Positions 1 through 12,789 are shown, counted from the stretch's first letter. The stretch is DNA of 64,000 nt from Amoebophrya sp. A120 (GCA_905178155.1 CAJINV010000001.1:7410612-7474611), one strand, 5' to 3'. Notes: generated by a model not told the origin, from the sequence alone. Program-made: numbers and translations.

Positions 1-1686
1 CACGACCTTCTCCAGACTCCACCCCCTCCGCCACGCGCTGCCGGTGCGGAATTTCGCCTGACCCGTGGTGCACCACTTTGCGTCGGCAGGTGCACCAGAA
101 GTCGGGGCACCGCTGCCGACTACCCTCGAACCCGAGGAGGAAGAGGAGGAGGTTGTGGGCTGCACCGAAGAAAGTAAACGAGCGAGATGCTCCTGGTTCG
201 CCGCGAGGCTCTCTTCCACGGTTCGCAGCAGCTCCTCCGACTGCTTCCCATGTTGCTGCCGGAGCGTGATGTGCTGCTGCAGCATGTGGTGAATGCTATT
301 CAGCAGCTCTTGCATGCGTTCCGGCTGGTACTTCGATCCTCGCGAGGAAGCATTGCTCGAAGCGCTACCCGCCGAATTCGCAGTGCCCGAAGCGGAGGTT
401 GACGAAGACACGGTTGTTGACGTTGACACGCCGGGCGTGCCGGCACTGAAGAAGGGCTTGCTGCTATGGCAAGTTGTTGCGGATTGTCCAGCTCCTGCTC
501 CACCCGTACAACTCGATAATGCTCCTGCGATGTTGCTGGTTGCGCAACTACCTGTCGTGCTGGAAGTAGTTCCTAGCTTACTCGTCGTGACTACTCCTGC
601 ACTAGTGGTGGATAAATGGCCAACGCCGCTTATACTAGCGGGCCTGCTGCCCCCGTCGCCAGTGCTGGGTGCGCGTTCGACGGCAGTAGCAAACAGCTTC
701 GACGCAACGCCCGCCGTTGGCTCCGTCGTGCCCCCGGCAGAGCCCGCCCCCTCCTGCGGCAACGAATCAGCCCCCGGGCAAGGAAGCGTTTGGGAACGCA
801 TGGAAATTCTGCTGAGGCCCGGGCCGGCCGACGAAGCAGTCGCAGAAGAGGATCCTGCTTGTGCAGCTAAAGCGGTCGAGGATCCTGCCGCCGTCGGCTT
901 CGCACTGAAGTTCAGCGACAAGCTCGGCATCATTTTCTGAAACGTCGGCGTTGGCTGCTGCACTATTTTGTTCGCAGCTGCAAGAGCGTTCGCCCCCGAA
1001 ACAGTTGCCGAAGACGTGCAACTCGCTGGGCCGCCAATTGCTGCACCCGTCGTTGTGGTAGAAGGTGACGATATGCTCAGCCGCGAAGGCTTCGCCCGCA
1101 CCGACGTGGTGGTTTGCTGGAGTGGTGGGCTCGCGGGTGGCGATTTGCTACGGCTCGCCGTACAATTCCCGACGACCAGCTTGCTGCACGGGACAGGTTC
1201 TGGTCCCTTTGGTGCTGCGCCGGCAATTTTTGTTGAACTCGCTTCCGCGGAAGTTCGCGGCGACAGACTGGCACGCTCTAGAAGTGTCGTGATCGGTAGT
1301 TGCTCGCCCAGCGTTTGCGTTGGCAATCCCAGGTTATTCGGCGCCCGCGGAGCGGCTTGAGGCTTAGCACCCTGGGCCGGTACCGTTCCCGCTATTTTGC
1401 AACTACTGGAGGACGAAGATGCTGCGACAGTGCTACCGGTGATTGCGGCCTTTGCGTGACTCGCTAGAACACTCGTCTGGAGTACCGGCGACCGCGGTTT
1501 TGGAGGTTCTGGCACGCGGGGGAGCGTGGGAGATGCGAGGGAGGCCATTGAGGGCATGGCCATCATTGGAAATGTCGGCTCCCACGTAGGCGGGCCTGTT
1601 GTGTGACAGCAAAAATTTGACTCGAGTATGGACTGCGACTGGCTCGTCTGGCACGACGTCACATTACATTTACAACCCACGGTCAT
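1..1686 (-). CDS. Hypothetical Ser/Thr/Ala/Gly-rich low-complexity protein, running off the left edge (3'-partial)
   Basis: Manual translation of the minus strand from the ATG at 1686 (MTVGCKCN...PTLPRVPEPPKPRSP...MQELLNSIHHMLQQH...) finds no stop down to base 1. It is absent from the ORF track because it has no stop in the window. The + strand ORFs here are its antisense shadows. Confidence 0.6.
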   Translation of the reverse strand, partial: MTVGCKCNVTSCQTSQSQSILESNFCCHTTGPPTWEPTFPMMAMPSMASLASPTLPRVPEPPKPRSPVLQTSVLASHAKAAITGSTVAASSSSSSCKIAGTVPAQGAKPQAAPRAPNNLGLPTQTLGEQLPITTLLERASLSPRTSAEASSTKIAGAAPKGPEPVPCSKLVVGNCTASRSKSPPASPPLQQTTTSVRAKPSRLSISSPSTTTTGAAIGGPASCTSSATVSGANALAAANKIVQQPTPTFQKMMPSLSLNFSAKPTAAGSSTALAAQAGSSSATASSAGPGLSRISMRSQTLPCPGADSLPQEGAGSAGGTTEPTAGVASKLFATAVERAPSTGDGGSRPASISGVGHLSTTSAGVVTTSKLGTTSSTTGSCATSNIAGALSSCTGGAGAGQSATTCHSSKPFFSAGTPGVSTSTTVSSSTSASGTANSAGSASSNASSRGSKYQPERMQELLNSIHHMLQQHITLRQQHGKQSEELLRTVEESLAANQEHLARLLSSVQPTTSSSSSSGSRVVGSGAPTSGAPADAKWCTTGQAKFRTGSAWRRGWSLEKVV

Positions 1687-2190
1687 GTTACTCTTCTTAC
1701 TTGAACGATATGAAGTGGATGAATGAGGCATACGTACAGCTGCAATTCTTTGCAAAAAGTACGCAATTGCGGTTGCTGCCTACTGTAGCTATGGGAGCGA
1801 GTGTCCAAGGCCAACGCTGGAAACGGCGGAAGTGCGAAATTCTTCGTCTGGAGTGGCTGAAACGCACTGCTGGCGCCGGAATGCTGCGGAAAATAGTTGC
1901 CAGCAACGTGTTGTGTTGCCACTTCTGGGGGCTCAACTGCAGTCACCTGTTCCGTCAAGTGAAATTGATGCGAGCCCGCGGAGCACGTGGAAACGGCTGG
2001 GGAAAGCAGCCCGGATCGCGACCTGGCATTTTTGTTCGCGAATAAGTAACTAGCTTATACGCAAAAGGAACAAAATGAAGTCTGGAATTGGATAAGGAAA
2101 AGAACAAGCGTCACTTCTATATTGCCGAACTTCATTCATGAGCAGAGTTTGGAGCTAAACCTAGCAACATCGTAGAGAACTCTGCTGTTT

Positions 2191-5100
2191 TTACCGGCAC
2201 GAGAGCAGCATGCCATCCACTTCCATTCGGTTCCGGGCCATGTAGGGATCCTCCAGGCGCAGCCGTATCTCCTCAAGCACGTTTTCGAAAGAATCATTTT
2301 CCACCACTTCGCCAGAGTCGCCCGCCTGCCTCTTCAGTGCTTCGTACAATTCGTTCCGCCCATACCTGTTTTCGTTTTGGATAAAAATGCGGCGCACAAG
2401 TGACAAAATGATGCTCGCGCGAGACAAAGATAAAAGATGGCTGTATCTTCAAAGACTCCAACAGCTCCAGAAAAATCTCCTTACACGTGCTGCCTGTGCA
2501 CCGGCCCGCGGTTGCTAGAGTAACCCTTCATGAAGGCGGAGAGACACTGCACGAAATCGGCATTCAGGAGCGCGACGAACTGCTGCGAGTTGCGATCCGC
2601 GCACTGGGCCACGGCAACAAGTTCGCTGTCGCTGTCATGTTCGCCTTTGCGCGGGTTCTTTCTTTCCCCAAAAACGTCGAACCAATCCCACGCGACCCGC
2701 TTCTGCGGCCTTCGAATCTGCGCGGCCTTATCAGCGGACTTCGAAGATGCTGGCCCGGCGGAACAGCTGGGCGTGCGCTTTTGCTTCGCTACCAGATAGG
2801 AAATACCTTCGTAAAGGAAAAAACTTTCCACGTACAATGAAAACGATCTACGTCGTCGTCGAGTAAGTAGCGCGTCGACCGCACACAAAAAGTACATACA
2901 TAGTTCTTGACGATGGATGAGAGAAACCACGCAGAGTTCATCTTGTAGTACCCCCGAAATCATGACAGAAAGCAAGTACATTGTTGCGCATCCGAGAAAG
3001 CGACCACGTGTAACACCAACTGCGAAAACTTTCGCTTCGTGCCCGCAGGTACCCGCACTGTGTTGCGCCTCAGTCTTCTTCCAAATTTGAAGCGCATTTC
3101 CACGTCCACGTACTGAGCGTTGTTGAGAGTGTCATCCTGCGGCTGCGCGTCCTCAGTTTCCGGCATCGAAACGAAATCGCACGTGCTCACAAAACACTGA
3201 TCCAGACGAGCCTCAATCTCAGCCACTGGCAGTGGGTCGACCACCATCAGAAGCTGCGTCTTCACCGTCGGCAATGAACTTGTTGTGTCAACAGGACCCT
3301 CGTCGTCAGGAGAACTGCTGCGCAATTGCTTCTTCTTTGATGTTTTACTATGTTCTTCGAGAGGACCATTTCCCTTCACAAGAAGCAGTTCGCGCATCGC
3401 ATCGACGAATGAGTCTTCCAATGTGAGGATCGGTTGCTCCTCCGACTCAAAAAATCCACCTTCTCCTACCGACGGCTGCGCGGAGGAAGTGCGGGAGAGA
3501 TTTGCTTGCTTGTTGTTCTTCTTGTTTTTTCTTCTTCCGGCTTTTGCGCTGCTGACACTGGGTGCGAGAGCTGCACCTTTCTCCTGCGATGAGGGAAGAG
3601 GCGGGTTCAGATGCTGGCCCTCGCCGCCGGTCGTTGGGCCTCCAACGGAGGAGCAGGTCAACACTTGCTCACTGGTCACGCTTTGCGTTGTGAGCGCCTC
3701 ACCGGGCGAAGAGGGCAGCACGTCCGGGCTCGCACCCGGAGAAGATTCTGGAATGGTGGTGCTATTGGACGGATTTGTGCTGTTGGACGACGGATTTGCG
3801 CTGCAGCCTTCGATTATCTCCGTGGCGAGCGCTTCGATGTTCCAGGGATTGTTTCGACTGAACTTATCGGCAATATTAGAGTTCCTGGAGGCCGACCCCC
3901 AATCCATGCCTGCCACTGGATCTGCCGATGCCACCAGTGCTCCTCCCAGAGTTCCCGCGACATCCTCTTTGCTCGTCGTTCGTGACAGCGTTATCTCGCT
4001 CGCTACGTCGCTCACCGTCCCGGCCGTTGCACCACAGTTGTTCGAATGCCGTTGCCGCCATTCCTGTGTATGGTTTTGCATGCACATCAGTCAGATCTGC
4101 ATCTGCGTCAGGGTCCACCTCCTCCTCCAGCTACGAGGATGTTTGATGTAACCTCCGCAATACAAATTTCCTATTTCTTGCGTTGTTGTATCAATATCAA
4201 CTTCTAGAGCTGTACCTTTTTGTAAACGACCAGCGAGCACAACGTGAGATGGCCACCGTCAAGACTAGCGGTCCGGATGTAATCGGACACCGGGGCACAC
4301 ATGCTTTCGTGCACGCACGCCAAGTACGATTGCTGTACGTGAGCGGGCTGCTGCTTGTTATTTCCGCCTCTCGACAAAGCGGCTTCATTCGAAGATGTCG
4401 CACTTGTTGCACCTCCCTTCCCGCCTGAAGATACTAGCCAGGAGTTTTGGTGTCCCTTTTTTCCGAGGTTGTTACTTTTCGTCCCTTTGTTGTGCGATGA
4501 ACGGCCGTGCGGCAATTGCGGTTCTTGCATAGAACTGTTGTTCCGAGTGGTCTTGCTGTTTCTGCGATTGCCCCCTCGTTGAGCGCCTTTATTTTCCTGC
4601 TGTTGTTCCACCAGGGCCTGCCTGCCGCTAGAAGAACTTCCCGCACTGTGGCAGCTCTTCTGTTTGTTCATCCACCTTAACAGGTTTTGTACCGTCCGGA
4701 ACTTCTTCAAGCGCAATCCGCACCCCTGGCAGAACTGGTTCAGCAGAATGCTCAGCGGATGCTCGGGAAAAAACGCCGCTCCGTCCAGCCACACAACACC
4801 GGCGAGGTTATGCGGATTCAAAACGAAATTTGCGGAGGATGTGGTCGACAACCGTCGGTCCGCGTGCTGCATCGACATCGTCGTGCAATCGCTCCAGCCG
4901 CAGTCGGAATCCGTCAGCATGCCGTAAGAGGAACTGTAGTCGATTTGCGGAAAGTGCGGCCGCTCCCCGCTTGGTATTGTTGTCGCCGCGTATTGTGCCC
5001 GAGGACCAGCACCAGAGCGATCATTTCTGGAGTGCTGTTGTGCGAAAAAATGCTGCGACACGAGACTAGATTGATCTTTCAATAATCTCATCCTGCGCTC

Positions 5101-6264
5101 GAGAAGATGCACCTTCTCCGTGTCAGATAACCGGTGGTACCAGGTGGACCACAGATTCGGCACGTCAATGTCCAGGTTCAGCGCCAAGCGGTCGATCATC
5201 TCTCGGTCCTGCGGAATGACGTGCTGCTGCGCGATTTCGCTGTGATAATCCACTGCTACTTTCCCGTTGTTCCGCGGCTGGTACGATTGATCATGCCGCT
5301 CTCCTTGGTCGTGGCCAGAGGTATTCATCGTGAGAGAACTGCTACAACTCTCACCGCCCTGTACAAGGTCCTCCATCATGAAGTTAAAACCCTCCGCCTG
5401 CTCCTGTGCCGCCGCACTGATTTCGCACATTCGCGCTGGTGGTGGGGGCGGAGGCGGCGGGGCGTGTGGCGGATGGTGCTTGTTATTTCCACTTTTTCGC
5501 ATACTAGCATGCTGGTGCAAAAACGCGCCTGCAGACCTGCCACCGCCGTGGTTCTGGCAGTGCTCACCAGGAGGAGTGGTCCCAAAGTGATTGCTCGAGA
5601 AGTTTTGTTTACCTTGCTCTCCTATCGAAGCACTTGAAGAACCGACAGCACTGGTATTGGCTGGTGCTGTGTAATTTTTACCCCAGGAACCTCCGTAGAA
5701 GTTGCGGTTGTAGTAGAAGCTAGCTGTCTTGTAATAATCGCCGTATTGCTGTTCCTGATAAAAATTCCTTTGGTTTTTGTAGCCCGAGTCACAATTATTT
5801 TTGTGGTTGTTTTTCTGCTCCAGCTGCTGAGCACGCGCGGTCGATTTATTGCGATTTAATGATGTGGTCGTGTTGGCTTTGGTATTTGCATCGTCCCTCT
5901 TCTCCCAGGCAGAGGCACCCCCCGTACTCGACGAAGAAGGGACGCAGCGGTACCGCTCTTGCTCCTCCGTGTGCGGACCTACGCTGCTTCCTGTGTCGTG
6001 CTCCGTCGCAGGGCCCGGGGGAGGTATCGGAGGCGGAGGCGGTGGCACGACCGCTTCTTGTGTCGACGAAGCCGTCGGGTTGGAGGATCCGGCAGAGGTG
6101 CTGCAAACAGTATTCTGCAGATCAACGCCGGTGCTGCTCACCGTCTGGATTACCACATCAATCTTGTCTATTTGTGTAGATGCCGCTTTCTGCAGAGTTT
6201 CATCACTTCGGTCGCCCTCCTCAGCCACGTCGACCACGTCGGCCCACCGCGCTTCTTTCAGCAT
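2191..6264 (-). CDS. Multi-exon hypothetical protein with Pro/Gln/Asn/Ser-rich low-complexity regions
   Basis: Co-oriented ORFs 4204-6264 (686 aa), 2960-4087 (375 aa), part of 2481-2981 and 2191-2427, separated by short AT-richer gaps that look like introns. No domain recognised and exon joins not fully resolved. Confidence 0.55.
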
Positions 6265-7457
6265 AGCTGCGCTCGTGCGGAAGCGGGAACCAAAAGAACG
6301 GCCACAGAAATTACATACTGGAGTTGATCTGTATTTTGTCTCCGAGGTGGCGACAAGAGCTAGTACTTTGACGAGTCAAGAAGACGCCTAGAGAGAATCA
6401 CAAAGGTCCGAATTCCGTTGCAGATCGCAACTACGAGTATCGAAAACAAGAAGCGCAACCTTGTCGCAACTGATATTCTACAAGTATGCGCACAAGATCA
6501 CCAAGCAACAGATTCTTCACACGTGCGCTTACGGTTTCCACTCGACAAACTAGAAGCATTCCAGTTGGTTCTAGACGACACAAACCCAAAATCAAATTAA
6601 AATTTGCATTCGCTACTCCACCAAAGTGTGTGAAGAAATAATGCACATGCTGGGTCACTTCTTCTTCTTCTCCGACAGCATGCTTTTTATCAGAGTATGA
6701 CTGATGTCGTTCCTGATGTGCAGTCTGGGAACAAGGGCTTCGCGTCGTGCTATCAACATATTTGGTTAAGTTGTCTGACCGCAAGCCACGAGGATGCAGC
6801 AAGAACACAGAAGGTGGAAACGAGTACTTGGCACAGTTATCCATCGGCGGACAACAGGTTAGTAGTTCGGCACAATACAACTCTCGTTGCCTCTTAATCT
6901 TCTGCTCCCTCCGACAAGTATTTTTACAAAATTGCTGTAGCAACGTCTGAGAAACGAAAATGGAGTCTTGCCGACGAGGCGCTTGTGTTTCTATTTATAG
7001 ACATAGTTTGCCTTTTTTTACTTTTCTTCCAACCTCTCTTTCAGCGCATGGTGTGCCGGTACTTAATGAGGTCCTCCGAATAGTCCTTGAAGTCGTCGCG
7101 TTTGAAGTAGTACCTGTTGACCACCAAGGGATTTTTTGCTTCAGCGTCCTTGCATCTTCTCAACTTTGTATTCATCTAGAAAGATTGGATCCTCGGTGAT
7201 ATTAGCAAAACAGACACTCGACACTGAACTAAAAACACGGGAAAATCACAAGACTTCACTTACGTCCTGTCGATGGCATCGGCGTCGTTGATGGGTTGGA
7301 ACTGCCGGGCTGTGGACGGTTCCTCTTCGCGCATTTTTGGCGTTTGGAACAGGTTGGCGACGTTGTCTCGTCGCATCCTTGTCTTCACCCAATTCTGCAG
7401 TCGAGCCTGCATTGTTGCGAAGTTTTCATTTTGTTTTATTGTCTGAGCTTCTCTTTC

Positions 7458-8842
7458 TATGAATGTCGCGCCCGGAGGGCGATATTGGTAACCAAATGCG
7501 TGCGCGAAAATCTAACCAGCGCGAAAGCCTAACCAGCCGCGCGGCGAAAGCGCGGTTGCCACCACCATTTCTTTTTAATTAGAGTCCCACTTTTTTTAAT
7601 TAGAATCCCACTGCTATCCCGGGTCATCGGAGGCTTCCGGATTCGCATTCAAAGCTTATCGCAGGAGCCTGCGGGCCGCCGCGGGCTCCACCACTTCCCC
7701 GCGGCCCTAAAGGGCCGCGGACAACTACTGTCGCCCGCGGCGGCCCGCAGGCTCCTGCGATAAGCNNNNNNNNNNNNNNNNNNNNNNNNNNNNNNNNNNN
7801 NNNNNNNNNNNNNNNNNNNNNNNNNNNNNNNNNNNNNNNNNNNNNNNNNNNNNNNNNNNNNNNNNNNNNNNNNNNNNNNNNNNNNNNNNNNNNNNNNNNN
7901 NNNNNNNNNNNNNNNNNNNNNNNNNNNNNNNNNNNNNNNNNNNNNNNNNNNNNNNNNNNNNNNNNNNNNNNNNNNNNNNNNNNNNNNNNNNNNNNNNNNN
8001 NNNNNNNNNNNNNNNNNNNNNNNNNNNNNNNNNNNNNNNNNNNNNNNNNNNNNNNNNNNNNNNNNNNNNNNNNNNNNNNNNNNNNNNNNNNNNNNNNNNN
8101 NNNNNNNNNNNNNNNNNNNNNNNNNNNNNNNNNNNNNNNNNNNNNNNNNNNNNNNNNNNNNNNNNNNNNNNNNNNNNNNNNNNNNNNNNNNNNNNNNNNN
8201 NNNNNNNNNNNNNNNNNNNNNNNNNNNNNNNNNNNNNNNNNNNNNNNNNNNNNNNNNNNNNNNNNNNNNNNNNNNNNNNNNNNNNNNNNNNNNNNNNNNN
8301 NNNNNNNNNNNNNNNNNNNNNNNNNNNNNNNNNNNNNNNNNNNNNNNNNNNNNNNNNNNNNNNNNNNNNNNNNNNNNNNNNNNNNNNNNNNNNNNNNNNN
8401 NNNNNNNNNNNNNNNNNNNNNNNNNNNNNNNNNNNNNNNNNNNNNNNNNNNNNNNNNNNNNNNNNNNNNNNNNNNNNNNNNNNNNNNNNNNNNNNNNNNN
8501 NNNNNNNNNNNNNNNNNNNNNNNNNNNNNNNNNNNNNNNNNNNNNNNNNNNNNNNNNNNNNNNNNNNNNNNNNNNNNNNNNNNNNNNNNNNNNNNNNNNN
8601 NNNNNNNNNNNNNNNNNNNNNNNNNNNNNNNNNNNNNNNNNNNNNNNNNNNNNNNNNNNNNNNCTTCATTTCTGGCCATTTCCCTGACCTTCACGCCTCC
8701 CGGCGGTTGCCCTATATGGTAACGGCAACTGCCTTCGCGCTGCGTTTGCTAAGCAATATCGCAAGCGCGCAGAGCGCGCGCGCCGGCTTCGTGGGCCGGC
8801 GCGCGCTCTGCGCGCGCGCGCGCACGCATTTGGTTACCAGAT
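7458..8842 (-). mobile_element. Non-autonomous Helentron/Helitron2-like element, copy 1 (interior is an assembly gap)
   Basis: Both sequenced ends match 50144-51519. It has a 21-bp asymmetric subterminal IR (TGGTAACCAAATGCGTGCGCG), a short CGCCC-GGA-GGGCG hairpin outside the IR at one end, and no long TSD. Confidence 0.7.
7766..8663. other. Assembly gap (898 N)
   Basis: N run beginning right after a long GC-rich hairpin. The equivalent interval in copy 2 (50452-51340) is 889 bp. Confidence 0.98.
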
Positions 8843-10332
8843 CACTCCAACTTTGGCATACTATGTTAAGCAAGAAGAAGAACAATCTAGCGATTTACTC
8901 AAAGACGAAGATATCGTACGTCGAGGTCGGCTGCTTCCTTGGCGTCGTCCTTTGGCAAAAATCTTCGCACCTCGGGATCGTTCACTATACTAGTGGACGA
9001 TGTTGCGGCTTTTTTCTTTCTCAGCTCGACGATTCTGTAGAAAATTTTTGCGTGGAAATAAACATAAAGTGTGTACGGTTTTATTAGAATTATTGCAGCA
9101 CGACGAAATGGGTGAGCACGCACGCAATGCCACTGAAAGTGTCCTTGTCTAAATTTTGCACGACTGAAAAACAAATGCAAGAATACTTGTCGACTTCCTT
9201 GTTCTGATTCGCACTGACCGTTGAGAAGCCATCATCGTTCGCCTTGTAAAAATCCAAGCTAAACTGCTTGCTGTTCTCGAACTTCTCGGTCATTGTAGAA
9301 GAGAGTAGCAACCCAAGGCGCGGTCGTTATTCACAACGTGCAGTGAGTAAGAGGCCGAGCCAGAGCAACTTACTGGAACCTCCAGAGCCACTTACTGGAA
9401 CCTGCAGATATTACTTTGGCCTTTCGATGATCCACGGTTGCCGTCCGGCTCCGAAGGTGGAAGGAAGTTGCAGGGACTCGGAAGTAGACCGGGCTGCGCT
9501 TTCAAGAAACTAGCAGAGATGTGCCAGTGTCACACTTGAGTTGCAAGAACTTCTAAGTTTAACAAAACGAAATTTTTGCAATGTAGTATTTTACAGGAGG
9601 AGTACACAAAAGATATCACGTTAGTGCTGTATGTTGCACCGTCAACAGTTCAGGTCCTGGGCTCGAATTTGAAATTCGATCGATGTTCAACTAATGGTGT
9701 ACAAAAGAAACTGCAGCGTCAAATAACCTGTCCTAGAATATTACCGCAAAAACGCATCTAAGATGGGACAGTCGTACTCGTAGTTCTTCACTGGGCTCGC
9801 AATATTGGAGTTCCGAATTTTAGACATGTTACGACTAGTGGACGTACGAAACGACAGCGCCCGTCTCTAAAAAAGTCACCTCGACGCGGTATCACTCACG
9901 ATGCAGTCACAGCTTCAGTTTCTATTCCGAGCGAACGAATCTTTCTCGACGACGTATTACGTGGCGCAGAACCAAAATTCCAAAACATCTACGAAAAAAA
10001 GGGAAACGCACGAGCCCGGTTGCGACGAACTGGCAAAAGTTTGCAAAAGTGATTGCACCTAGCACGCGAGGACGGACGCCTGGAAAAGTTCTTGCACACA
10101 TCAGTCGGACAGAAGACGGAAACGCGATGCATTTAAGTATGTCAATTTTCCAGTAAGCACGGTTGGACTGTTGACGCAGATTAGAACACATTTTTCTGTT
10201 AATCCGCAACCTGGGCGGTGCTTTCCAGCTGCTCAAAATAATCACCTCGCGAAACTGTCACAAGCAATCTCGGCGCACTATCGCGCTGTTTTTTAATGTT
10301 CACCACGACTGTCTAGCCCGTAAAAAAAATGC

Positions 10333-12789
10333 TTAGCTCGAACTTGAGTCTTGGTCTGAGTCTTCGGTGGATTTGTCTCTCCTGGAATCCTCAGACTCGT
10401 CGGAGTCGCTTATGTCGCTGCTCTGCTGCCGAGAGGATTGTTGCTGGGAGGATTGTTGCTGGGACGATTGTTGCTGGGAGGATCCCCTGCTGCGACTTTG
10501 GGAGTACTCAAGTAATTTCTTTTTGTTGGCTGCCCAGGCGGGGTTCTTGCCGTTCGCGTAGGCGTCGCTCTTCTTCGACGAAGTCTTGCGGTCTGTCGTG
10601 GAGCCCTGCTTCCTGCCCGCCGTCCAGGCCGGGTGTTTCGCCATCTCGCGGTCGTACTTCTTCTTCGGTTTGTCGCTGTCGTCCGAACTGCTCTTGTCCG
10701 GGTCGGACAGCGGGTGCCGCAGCCGGTGCGAGTTGTGCTCCAACGCGTCATCGATCTTCCGCCGCATGGTTGGGTCGGTGACCGTCAACCCCAGGTGGGA
10801 CAACGAGCGATTCTCCACTAAAGCGTTCATGAACGCGGTTTCGACCGCTTTGTATCGCCCCACCGCCCCCGGGTTTTCACTGAGGGACAGGCGCTCGATG
10901 TGCTCGTTGGTCCGGAGCCCCTCGGCGATGGCCATGCACGCGATGTGGTCGAACTGGTTGGCCTCCAAGTTCACTTCCCGCAAGCACTTGTTGTCCTTCA
11001 ACACGTTCCCGAAGGCTCGGCCGAACAGCGTCGGGAGCTCGCACCCGCCCAGCGACAAGAGCTCCAAGCTGGTGTTCCGATGCAGCGCCGCGATCATGTC
11101 CGGGAGAATGGAGGCCTGCGACGCGAGGGGGAGGGAGATGCCGTCCAGAACCAACCGGGTCAATGTCTCGTCGTTCAACTGCAGCCGCTTGATCTGGTAG
11201 TACACCCAGTCACCGGGCGTGGCCGCCTGCGAGGGCGGCGGGATCTGGTCCAGTTGCCGCATGTTCTTGCACGCCTCCAGACGGGCCTTCATCAGGTTCG
11301 AAGTGGTCGCGTGGAAGTCCGAGATCGAGAGGTGCTGGCCGCGGATGTAGGCCGTGATCTTACCACCGTGATCCTGCGCGTCGATCTGCTCCACGTCGCT
11401 CGGCGCCTCCAGGTCGTTGCTCCAACCGATGTGGTTGTAGTCCGTGTAATGGACGTCCGCCTTGCCCTCGTACCGCAGTTTCCGGTTGCTTTCGAACATC
11501 GGGATCCTGCGAAACGGGCCCAGCTTTTTCTTCTTCCTTTTGTTCCACTCCTTCGGATCCTCGGGGAGCTCCATGGCGTCGTCGCCGCGGCGCCGGACGT
11601 AGCGGCCCCGGAACCCCTCGTACTCGGCCTCCGACCCCATGTCGTCGGTGCCCTGCCGCGGCGCTCGCTCGCCCGGCAACTTCCAGTGCTTTGGCTTGCC
11701 CTTCATGCGCGCGCGCTCCGCGCGCCGCGTCTTCTCCTCTTCGGAAACATACAGGCCGAGCACGTGGGCCATGGTGAACTGCGGCTTCGGAAACGTGATC
11801 TCCGGGTGCCACCACTCGAAGCAGCCGGGCCGGGTCGGCAACTGCGGCGCGTCCAGTGCCTGGGAGACCCAAAAACGCGGGTCGGTGATCAGTTGCTGCG
11901 GGGCGGGGAGCGCCGGAAAGGGGCGGATGTCCCGCGCGTCCAGGGGCGCGGCAGTCCGGTTCTCATCGAGCATGCGCCGCAGCATTTCCCGCATGTCCTT
12001 CAGGCCGATCCGCGTCTGCTCGTGCAGCTGCGTGCTGGCCTTCGGCATGCCCTTCAGGTCGTCCTCCCAGTGCTGCGACCCCTTGACGCTGCGCAGCATG
12101 TTCTGGTCCGGGGCCATGAACGCCACGTTCCTGCCGGCGCAGTGCTCGTTGATCGTGTACCGAAGCAGAACCCCCCGGACGAACTTGTTTTCCGCAAAAA
12201 TCGCCTTTTCCAATTGCTCGCCGCACTGCATCTTGCGCACAATCTCGCATACCAGCTCGACCGTGGCGCGGCACTGCTTCCACCGGTAGTCGGTCAGCAC
12301 GCTGCGCCTACTGGCGAACGCCACGTTGTCTAACAGCGCGACGATGTGCGCCAGCCGGTGGCAGTCGCCGGCGAACACCCGCTCAAACACCGGCGGCGGG
12401 CGGTATCGGAGAAATTCCTCGATCAGGACGCGCACGAAATTCGTGTACTCCAGCACCAGGTCGAGCTTCTTCGTCTTCCCGGACTCCGGTACCTCCCGTC
12501 GATGTTCCGCGATGTATTGCGCCAGGGCCTCGTCGAAGTCCTGCAGAAGTTTATCAAAGTCCGAGACCAGCAATTCTTGCGTGAAGTGGATCACCCCGGG
12601 CTGCGGGTGCGGCTCATCCGGGTCTATGTCCGGGACTATCAAGCCAGCAGGAGCTCGATGCTTCGATATTCGGGACGGGAGCGGCTGCACGGATACCCGC
12701 TGTCTCGTTAAGCGCCCCTGCGTGGAGGAAAGCTCTACTTGCGAGTACAGCCCCGTGGGGCTCATCAGATGCGGCGTGCCCAGCGACAT
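10333..12789 (-). CDS. Tropomodulin-like (RNI-type) leucine-rich-repeat protein, 818+ aa; may have upstream exons
   Basis: C-terminal IKRLQLNDETLTRLVLDG...ALHRNTSLELLSLGGC...LKDNKCLREVNLEANQF...LRTNEHIERLSLSEN...VETAFMNALVENRSLSHLG...IDDALEHN matches the tropomodulin/leiomodin LRR pattern. SQQQS repeats lie at the tail, and the frame stays open upstream of 12789. Confidence 0.75.
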   Translation of the reverse strand: MSLGTPHLMSPTGLYSQVELSSTQGRLTRQRVSVQPLPSRISKHRAPAGLIVPDIDPDEPHPQPGVIHFTQELLVSDFDKLLQDFDEALAQYIAEHRREVPESGKTKKLDLVLEYTNFVRVLIEEFLRYRPPPVFERVFAGDCHRLAHIVALLDNVAFASRRSVLTDYRWKQCRATVELVCEIVRKMQCGEQLEKAIFAENKFVRGVLLRYTINEHCAGRNVAFMAPDQNMLRSVKGSQHWEDDLKGMPKASTQLHEQTRIGLKDMREMLRRMLDENRTAAPLDARDIRPFPALPAPQQLITDPRFWVSQALDAPQLPTRPGCFEWWHPEITFPKPQFTMAHVLGLYVSEEEKTRRAERARMKGKPKHWKLPGERAPRQGTDDMGSEAEYEGFRGRYVRRRGDDAMELPEDPKEWNKRKKKKLGPFRRIPMFESNRKLRYEGKADVHYTDYNHIGWSNDLEAPSDVEQIDAQDHGGKITAYIRGQHLSISDFHATTSNLMKARLEACKNMRQLDQIPPPSQAATPGDWVYYQIKRLQLNDETLTRLVLDGISLPLASQASILPDMIAALHRNTSLELLSLGGCELPTLFGRAFGNVLKDNKCLREVNLEANQFDHIACMAIAEGLRTNEHIERLSLSENPGAVGRYKAVETAFMNALVENRSLSHLGLTVTDPTMRRKIDDALEHNSHRLRHPLSDPDKSSSDDSDKPKKKYDREMAKHPAWTAGRKQGSTTDRKTSSKKSDAYANGKNPAWAANKKKLLEYSQSRSRGSSQQQSSQQQSSQQQSSRQQSSDISDSDESEDSRRDKSTEDSDQDSSSS

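Larger units (their letters stand above)
7040..9311 (-). pseudogene. Small multi-exon hypothetical gene with an exon interrupted by the Helentron-like element (disrupted unless the element is spliced out)
   Basis: Exon ...DPEVRRFLPKDDAKEAADLD, then a GT-AG intron (GTACGA...TTCTTCTTGCTTAACATAG), then YAKVGV[element 7458-8842]IEREAQTIKQNENFATMQARLQNWVKTRMRR..., then a TA...TA intron with a 4-bp DR (GACG/GATG), then NTKLRRCKDAEAKNPLVVNRYYFKRDDFKDYSEDLIKYRHTMR*. The 5' start is uncertain. Confidence 0.45.

Noticed and set aside
7624-8694. ORFs of 356 and 314 aa
   Set aside because: They are artefacts of translating through the N gap.
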